Part shown: positions 58,277-64,000 of the stretch, piece after piece
How the letters are laid out: the number at the start of each line of letters is the position of its first letter
How positions within the stretch are numbered: position 1 is the stretch's first letter
Assembly: GCA_041739415.1 (NCBI GenBank)
Contig: JBGSNU010000005.1
Span: 192,028-256,027 of the forward strand
DNA length: 64,000 nucleotides
From: Bdellovibrionales bacterium
GTDB lineage: Bacteria > Bdellovibrionota > Bdellovibrionia > Bdellovibrionales > UBA1609
Direction: 5' to 3'
The notes under the pieces: model-generated
Told to the model about the DNA's origin: nothing
The model's database searches: none
What the model saw: the letters and a program-made list of their open reading frames with translations, nothing else
Made by a program: the position numbers and the translations under genes

Positions 58277-58822
58277 GTGTTTACTTTTGCGCGAGAAATC
58301 TTTCTATTTGCGACGCTGGTTCTATCTATTTCAACTACGGCAAGTGCTGCTCCCCAGACAGTTCCTTTTGTGGACTTAAGTCGGTATGCGGGCAATTGGT
58401 ATCAGATTGCCAACGTACCGATGTTTTTTGAAGGTGGAGTTTGTGCGTGCGCAAAGCAAAAACTAACGCCAGCTGAAGCCGGAGTAATCAAAGTTTACAA
58501 CTCATGCAACAGCGGCACGCCTCAAGGTCGACTGCGAGACATTAGCGGCGAAGCTTACAATGACGACCCTGCAACCAACGCCAAATTTACTGTCGACTTC
58601 AATCTTCCGTTTAAGGGGACTTACTGGATTGTAGGATTGGACGCGGAATATCGATACGCGGTTGTGACTGACAAGAATGGCTCCTCACTTTACATCCTGT
58701 CGAAGACTCCAACATTGGCTACGGAGCTGTATGAAGAGGCGGTAGCGATTGCAGCGGCGCAGTCGTTGAAGGTGGAGCAACTGCGAGTCACCGAACACCA
58801 AGGCTGCCAGTATCCAGAATGA
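58277..58822 (+). CDS. blc: Bacterial lipocalin (Blc-like)
   Basis: GTG 58277 after AAGGAG. Signal peptide. Lipocalin SCR1 YAGNWYQIA, plus YWIVGLDAEYRYAVV and LYILSKTP. Confidence 0.85.
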   Translation: MFTFAREIFLFATLVLSISTTASAAPQTVPFVDLSRYAGNWYQIANVPMFFEGGVCACAKQKLTPAEAGVIKVYNSCNSGTPQGRLRDISGEAYNDDPATNAKFTVDFNLPFKGTYWIVGLDAEYRYAVVTDKNGSSLYILSKTPTLATELYEEAVAIAAAQSLKVEQLRVTEHQGCQYPE

Positions 58823-58979
58823 TCACTAGCTAGGCTGTCTCAAATTCGCTCCTAGGTCGATGGAGTATGTCTATGCGCTCGGAAGGCGTATGATTTTGGA
58901 GCGCAGAACCCTCGTAAGTGTCTCGATTTGGTAGATAATCTCTATTTGTATAGAAGGTGCGCGTTGCGCTCTCTACAAT

Positions 58980-60494
58980 TTGAGGATGAGTCGAACTCTA
59001 TTTAAGGCTGCGCCGTATCTGTTTGCATTGTCTTTTGTCATCCTAAGCTTTCAAAATTGTAGCGCTGGCTTTGAGTCCAGTCGAGGTACGAGCTCGTCCC
59101 TGGGGACCGATCCAGCGCAGGAGCTCGGAGAAGATGTAGACCCTGCTCCACCTGAGGATTTGGATCTCCCGGGCGAAGTGGTGGTGAACCCAACTCCAAC
59201 TCCCACTCCGGCCCCGCCGCCAATGGAAGGACTAGCCGCGCCTGACTTTGGCTTGGACGAGACAGTGTATGGCAACTTGCGAAAGGTAACCGTGGGGCAA
59301 GCCAGCGGCACGGATTATAAGACAATCAGTGCGGCTGTGGCCAATGTTTCCCCTGGGACAGTTGTTGTTGTTGAAGATGGGACCTATAGAGAGGCTGTGA
59401 CCATCTCGGTCGGTGTGAATGCGCGACTAAAGGATCTGTCCTCCGCTCGACCCCTTATCCTAGTTGCGCGAAATCCTCACAGAGCCATTTTAATGGCGCC
59501 GACGCAATCAAATGGATTTTATTTACTAGTGAGCTATGTTCAGGTCCACAATTTTTCTATTCTCTCCGGTACCCCTGGCGTAGACACTGCCCCTATTAAG
59601 GTCATTGGTGCCGGTGGCACTCTAGAAGAATTTGCCAACCGTCGGCGACACATTGTAATTGCAGGCAACAAAATCGACACCTATGAAAGTCAGCGGGGCC
59701 AAGACATACTGAAGATTGCCTCGGTCGATCAAATCCGAGTTTTGGGGAATTTGTTTGCTGGAAAGTTTCGTGAAGATGGAGTCGACCACGTGAGTGTGAC
59801 CAACTCCAAGGTTATGTACAACACCTACATCGGCGAGGCAATGAATGGGTTCTCGTGCAAAAGCGGCACCCAAGACGTTATATTTTCACACAATGATTTA
59901 GCCTTCACCAACTCTCGGTCGAAAGGCGATTCAGGTTGGAAGGATAGCACGCGCATTGGCGGAATCGGATTCTCCCATGTCGACCGTGCTCGCCCAGAGG
60001 AGATACGTAAGACTGAGGCGACGCGAGTGATCTTTGAGCGAAACGTGATCCGCAGCAAAACTCAATTTGCACTAATTATCACAGGTGCAGAATCGAATGT
60101 GATTCGTCAAAATTACTTTGCGCCACAGGGGACAATCATGGGCGGCCTGACTCCCCCAGAAGCGATTTTGAACTCGGCCCATTCTCCTTCGGGCAGATAT
60201 TTGAATGATCCGATAACGATTCCTGGCTGGACACTCCCTGGCAGGCCAGATTCAGAGGCCGTCGGCCATCGAGATTCTGGCAAAAATTTGATCGAGAATA
60301 ACATTTACGATGGATCGGTAAAGACTTTTCACCGCGGGGGCCAATCTGTTCGCCTCATCAACGGTCTTTCGATAGATCAGCGGGCGGGCAACGTTGAGCG
60401 AAACAATCGACCGGGGACAATGGCTGACGTCGACTGGAGCTTCGGAGTGAGCGCCTACGATAAAAGCTACATATATAAACTGCTCAAATTGTAA
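58980..60494 (+). CDS. Secreted or lipoprotein right-handed beta-helix (pectate-lyase-fold) protein
   Basis: N-terminus ..VILSFQNCSAG, a Pro/Thr linker (NPTPTPTPAPPP), then periodic ~22-aa hydrophobic repeats with N/G turns (..VIAGNKI.., ..VLGNLF.., ..VMYNTY.., ..IFSHNDL.., ..FERNVI.., ..IRQNYF..). Confidence 0.7.
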   Translation: MRMSRTLFKAAPYLFALSFVILSFQNCSAGFESSRGTSSSLGTDPAQELGEDVDPAPPEDLDLPGEVVVNPTPTPTPAPPPMEGLAAPDFGLDETVYGNLRKVTVGQASGTDYKTISAAVANVSPGTVVVVEDGTYREAVTISVGVNARLKDLSSARPLILVARNPHRAILMAPTQSNGFYLLVSYVQVHNFSILSGTPGVDTAPIKVIGAGGTLEEFANRRRHIVIAGNKIDTYESQRGQDILKIASVDQIRVLGNLFAGKFREDGVDHVSVTNSKVMYNTYIGEAMNGFSCKSGTQDVIFSHNDLAFTNSRSKGDSGWKDSTRIGGIGFSHVDRARPEEIRKTEATRVIFERNVIRSKTQFALIITGAESNVIRQNYFAPQGTIMGGLTPPEAILNSAHSPSGRYLNDPITIPGWTLPGRPDSEAVGHRDSGKNLIENNIYDGSVKTFHRGGQSVRLINGLSIDQRAGNVERNNRPGTMADVDWSFGVSAYDKSYIYKLLKL

Positions 60495-61099
60495 TTTACA
60501 GGCCAGCTTTGATAAACCGCTGCAGTAGAGTAGCGAATCCAGCCATCCTTTGAGTGAACAGTTTGTTCGTAGAATCTAAGCAGCGAATGTTCGTTGACCA
60601 AAAAGGTCAAGTCGGCGGCTTCTCCCATCCCACCGATTACAATTTGAAATCGACCGTGGACCAATCGAGTGATATATCCACTGAAAATTCTGGTGCCAAA
60701 AGTAACCGTCTCGGTTGTTGACCAGTCTTTGTAGATATCTCCATTTGTCTCCAACTCAGGAACACCGCCCGCGGCAGAGAAGATCAGGCGCATATTTTGG
60801 TTCAGGGCCATCGCATTGGCTCGAACCTGGGTGGGAAGAGCCGTTACATGACCCGCACGTCTGCACTGGAACCAACGATTTTGGGCTTTGCGACAACTGT
60901 ATCCTCGCGACTTCAGCTGCTCGATTCGAGCGCGCCCCGCCTCGTTTAGCGAGCTGACATTCACATATTCGATGGCTGTGAGGAGCTCGATTTGATCTGT
61001 GAACTGGTATTCACCCTTGGGAATAAAAGGCGTGACACTCATCTCTGCCAAGACGATTTGGGAACTGAACAGGAATCCAACCAGTAGGCCAACAAACAT
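60467..61099 (-). CDS. Secreted protein, function unknown
   Basis: The ATG at 61099 is preceded by AAGGAG. Signal peptide (..SSQIVLA). The 3' end overlaps the convergent beta-helix gene by 28 nt. Confidence 0.55.
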   Translation of the reverse strand: MFVGLLVGFLFSSQIVLAEMSVTPFIPKGEYQFTDQIELLTAIEYVNVSSLNEAGRARIEQLKSRGYSCRKAQNRWFQCRRAGHVTALPTQVRANAMALNQNMRLIFSAAGGVPELETNGDIYKDWSTTETVTFGTRIFSGYITRLVHGRFQIVIGGMGEAADLTFLVNEHSLLRFYEQTVHSKDGWIRYSTAAVYQSWPVNYNLSSLYM

Positions 61100-61226
61100 C
61101 GTAGGCTCCTTAAAGAACATCAGCCCAGCATGGGCGAATGCTAGCATTCTGGAGTGAACTCAGCGGCAGTTCAACACCTCTGCCTAAGATCGCGCGAAGT
61201 GTCGATAATCTTAAGAGGCACTCGGC

Positions 61227-62684
61227 TTATTTGAGGGGACGTCTTGGCGCTTGTTCCCGAATAATATCGGAATCAGTCGCGAGGTGCCATTGGTGTCCTC
61301 CGTCGGAAGATTTGAGCATCGCCGTTCGACTGAACTGCGGCACATTTGCATACCCCGGATGAAGGCTCCAGCGGCTGTAAGTCAGGTAGAGATTGTCACG
61401 TCGATCAACCGTAAGATGTTGATAGTAAATGAAATACCCATACATGTTTGGATACACCAAATTTTTGGGAGGCGACCACCCCTGCCCATCGAATTTTTGG
61501 TATGCAAGAACGCCCAATTTGGTCGAAATCCATCGACGATACACTGCGTGGAGGTTATCGCGCGAGTCCGCGATCAATGAAATATAGGTTTGCTCGTCGG
61601 TACTCCCCATGGTTTGGGGTTCGCTCCAACTCGAGATGGATTCGCGACTGAGCGAATAGGTGTGCTTCATAACTCCGCCATGTGCGCCAGAGATAATATG
61701 CAAAACCCCCGTTGACGTCATGGTCATCCCAGGCTGATTGTGACTGTCGTTTGCTGGATAAGTATGAGCGACAATTTTTTTGGAAAACGTGCGAGTCGAG
61801 ATGTCATATAGGGCCACAACCGTCGGCGAGCCAGCGGTGAGAGACCTGGTGCCCTCAATCCAGGTGACATAGATTCTATTGCGGTACCGAACAACGCGGG
61901 CAGAGCCACCGCTATGAGCCCCAATTCCCAGGACAGATGACGACAGTGGAAGGTAGCGGTGAGTTTTCACGCCACGGCTGTTTCGCGTGACAATCATCAG
62001 TGAGAGCGGACCAATTTGATCAAACCGGTCCGTCGCCCTTAGCCCAACCCGCCCGGTTCGGTAATGCATAAGTATTGCTGGCATATTGCCTGAGATTGCC
62101 GCCGGCGAAAAGTTGCGCGAGATTTCTACGTCGCTCGGAAATTCACAAGTGCCTGTATAATTGTATCGCGACGGGCAGCGGTGCTTAACAAACTCAGATT
62201 CGCGCGCCACCAAATAACTTGACCAAGTTGCGCCTGTATCTGCGGTCCACAAAAGGATCCAAGCGCGCTCTGTGGTAGCGGCTAACGGGGCTTGAACGAC
62301 CACGCCCATCAACGTGAAGTACTCATCGGCCAAATTGAATACGCCCGACGTATTTCGCCTCCCGCTACCCCCAATGGTCGACTTGATAATAGTCCCCGCC
62401 GGGAAGTGTTTTAAGATTGCGGATCCATAGGGGCGCTTCCGAAGGCCAGATCTGTTAAAGTGCTCGAGCACAAAAGGTGGGACTTCATGGGGATTTTCAC
62501 TGCGTCCACGAAAAAACGCATGATTTGTGCTGCTAAAAGCGGGCAGATTTACGGTGTAGCTAGGGCTCCAGTTGAAGGCCGCGCGCTCATTTGCATGCAG
62601 AGAGGGCATTTGAATAGGGGCATGACCTTGCTGTGCAAACGCTTTGAATTGTCCCAAAACGAGACATAAAATTAGAGCTTTCAT
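61227..62684 (-). CDS. Secreted BNR/Asp-box beta-propeller-like protein
   Basis: Signal peptide (..FKAFAQQ). Asp-box LKSSDGGHQW near the C-terminus. Repeated ..D....H.VY../..D....YLTY.. strands resemble the BNR_4-type family. Confidence 0.65.
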   Translation of the reverse strand: MKALILCLVLGQFKAFAQQGHAPIQMPSLHANERAAFNWSPSYTVNLPAFSSTNHAFFRGRSENPHEVPPFVLEHFNRSGLRKRPYGSAILKHFPAGTIIKSTIGGSGRRNTSGVFNLADEYFTLMGVVVQAPLAATTERAWILLWTADTGATWSSYLVARESEFVKHRCPSRYNYTGTCEFPSDVEISRNFSPAAISGNMPAILMHYRTGRVGLRATDRFDQIGPLSLMIVTRNSRGVKTHRYLPLSSSVLGIGAHSGGSARVVRYRNRIYVTWIEGTRSLTAGSPTVVALYDISTRTFSKKIVAHTYPANDSHNQPGMTMTSTGVLHIISGAHGGVMKHTYSLSRESISSWSEPQTMGSTDEQTYISLIADSRDNLHAVYRRWISTKLGVLAYQKFDGQGWSPPKNLVYPNMYGYFIYYQHLTVDRRDNLYLTYSRWSLHPGYANVPQFSRTAMLKSSDGGHQWHLATDSDIIREQAPRRPLK

Positions 62685-62865
62685 ATCTGATAAGAGGTTG
62701 CAATCTGGTCGCCATGCGCCGGAGAGCCTGTTGGCTGGATAGGTGTTTAGAGATCAACCAATTGTAGATCCTCAGGACAACGACTTTAATAGCGCGGGGG
62801 TTTGCGCCTTCCCCCTTGGGTTCAGTTTTTGCAAACGCTTAAAGTTAACTGTCGAGGGGGATTTC

Positions 62866-64000
62866 GTGACGCTTTCTGTATGCGACAAAATCAAATCTAT
62901 TATTGTGGCAGGGTTGCTGTTTGAGATGCCTCTCGCTTCCGCTACCATAACTGGCGCAGATATCGACAGCGCGCGGAGTCTCTTAATCGTAAATTCCGGC
63001 ACACTGAACAACCTAAATCAATCTTTTGATTTTGGAGTGCAGCTCGGTCGCCTAGGGGAATACAACCGTTTGCTGTTCCAAGATCGTCTCCCCAGCTGGA
63101 GACGTGCCTGGACTCCAGGACGATTTGTCGAGAATGCATTCAGTGTTGTCTACAATGAACAGCTTGCCCATCAGGCAAGTCCTCCCAGGCAAAAGCTCGG
63201 CGGGAACATAGGCCGTTACCGCTTTATGGATTCGATCTTTCGCAATTGGATGCCCGCCCCACAGCTCGCCATGGTGCAAACTGTGGCCGGATTGAGAAAT
63301 GGACCATTTCGTCTCATAGGTATAGTAAATCGCATGGATTTAGCCGGTGACTTCGATGATAGAGGGTCATCTCCCCCAACTAACGAGCCCCGCTCGATGG
63401 GTGAATTGCACCTGACTTATGGGCTCGTAGATAGTTCCTATGAGCGAAAGACCGGTCAAGCGTTTCCAATGACATTTGTTATTGTCTACCGACTACCCGC
63501 TCTCGCGTGGGGACCGGCAGGTTTGGCGATTGATTCTTCACTGACTCAGGGTGAGATTGCAGCCAGGCCATGGGCTTGGAAGCACAAAATGGCGAACTGG
63601 GCATACTTGTGGAGAGACTTGTCCCGGTATCCGCTCAATTCGGCGGAATACAATAATAGACTTAGAGTTCTCTTATCGAAGATTGTCAGACCTGAGAACT
63701 TTCTTCACTTGCGCAGTAACACCAAGGTAAACGATCAAGAACATGAGTTGCGTGAATGGTATATGCTTCAGTTGACCCAAACACTCATTATTCGGCGACC
63801 GAGAAATGAGCCGTACAAGTGCGCTGCCCAATCCCCCGACCTAACAAATATCATCAACGTCAACTGGCGTTGGCAAGATCAAGATTTAGACATGCGAACT
63901 CGCGATTCTCAGTATCGACGGTTTGATGGGCTGAACGGCTATGGAATCCCGAGAGACAATGTATCGCCACTATTGCTTGGTAGAGCTTCGTACCCTGGCT
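62866..64000 (+). CDS. Secreted hypothetical protein, 5' part (runs off the window end)
   Basis: Not in the supplied ORF track because there is no stop codon. I translated by hand from GTG 62866, which follows GAGGGGG. The frame stays open to 64000 and begins with a signal-like N-terminus (IIVAGLLFEMPLASA). Confidence 0.6.
   Translation, partial: MTLSVCDKIKSIIVAGLLFEMPLASATITGADIDSARSLLIVNSGTLNNLNQSFDFGVQLGRLGEYNRLLFQDRLPSWRRAWTPGRFVENAFSVVYNEQLAHQASPPRQKLGGNIGRYRFMDSIFRNWMPAPQLAMVQTVAGLRNGPFRLIGIVNRMDLAGDFDDRGSSPPTNEPRSMGELHLTYGLVDSSYERKTGQAFPMTFVIVYRLPALAWGPAGLAIDSSLTQGEIAARPWAWKHKMANWAYLWRDLSRYPLNSAEYNNRLRVLLSKIVRPENFLHLRSNTKVNDQEHELREWYMLQLTQTLIIRRPRNEPYKCAAQSPDLTNIINVNWRWQDQDLDMRTRDSQYRRFDGLNGYGIPRDNVSPLLLGRASYPG

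Overview
The window is a dense, mostly housekeeping chromosome segment, about 60 CDS on both strands. It probably lies near the replication origin, because it opens with the gyrB 3' end followed by gyrA. The gene content suggests a Bdellovibrio-like (Bdellovibrionota) bacterium, though this is inference rather than a search result. That content includes a Bd0055/HBb-type histone-fold protein, many secreted hydrolases and lipoproteins, and a type-B succinate dehydrogenase.

Recognisable blocks, in order:
- gyrB'-gyrA, then a partial atp operon (atpZ/I-like, atpB, atpE) ending in a terminator.
- A long minus-strand run: etfB-etfA-DUF374-PPIase-surA-like-pdxA-phosphomannomutase.
- sdhCAB, an S8 protease, rpsF, a membrane protein and rplI.
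- dnaB, fis-like, queE and ftsK.
- A small AT-richer islet with a BrnT/BrnA toxin-antitoxin pair and two secreted hydrolases.
- An LptM-like lipoprotein, dapA, dapB and tal, then a lytic transglycosylase.
- A 66-aa histone-fold gene convergent with ligA.
- gatCAB, ppx, DUF192, and a LysM/proline-rich envelope protein.
- A PilZ protein, then rho-prfA-prmC-murA.
- A GYF/TPR giant protein and serS.
- A terminal cluster of secreted proteins of unknown function.

I found no rRNA, tRNA, CRISPR array, transposase or integrase.

The most unusual items:
- The bacterial histone. The family is already described in Bdellovibrio, so it is not new, but it is rare.
- RG/DRG-rich disordered extensions on both Rho and ribosomal protein S6.
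- An apparently leaderless brnTA module.
- A cysteine-free CUB-like domain on the subtilase.
- A signal-peptide-like extension on the ATP synthase c subunit.

I could not identify a convincing, wholly undescribed multi-gene system. All family assignments rest on motifs read by eye and need profile searches to confirm.
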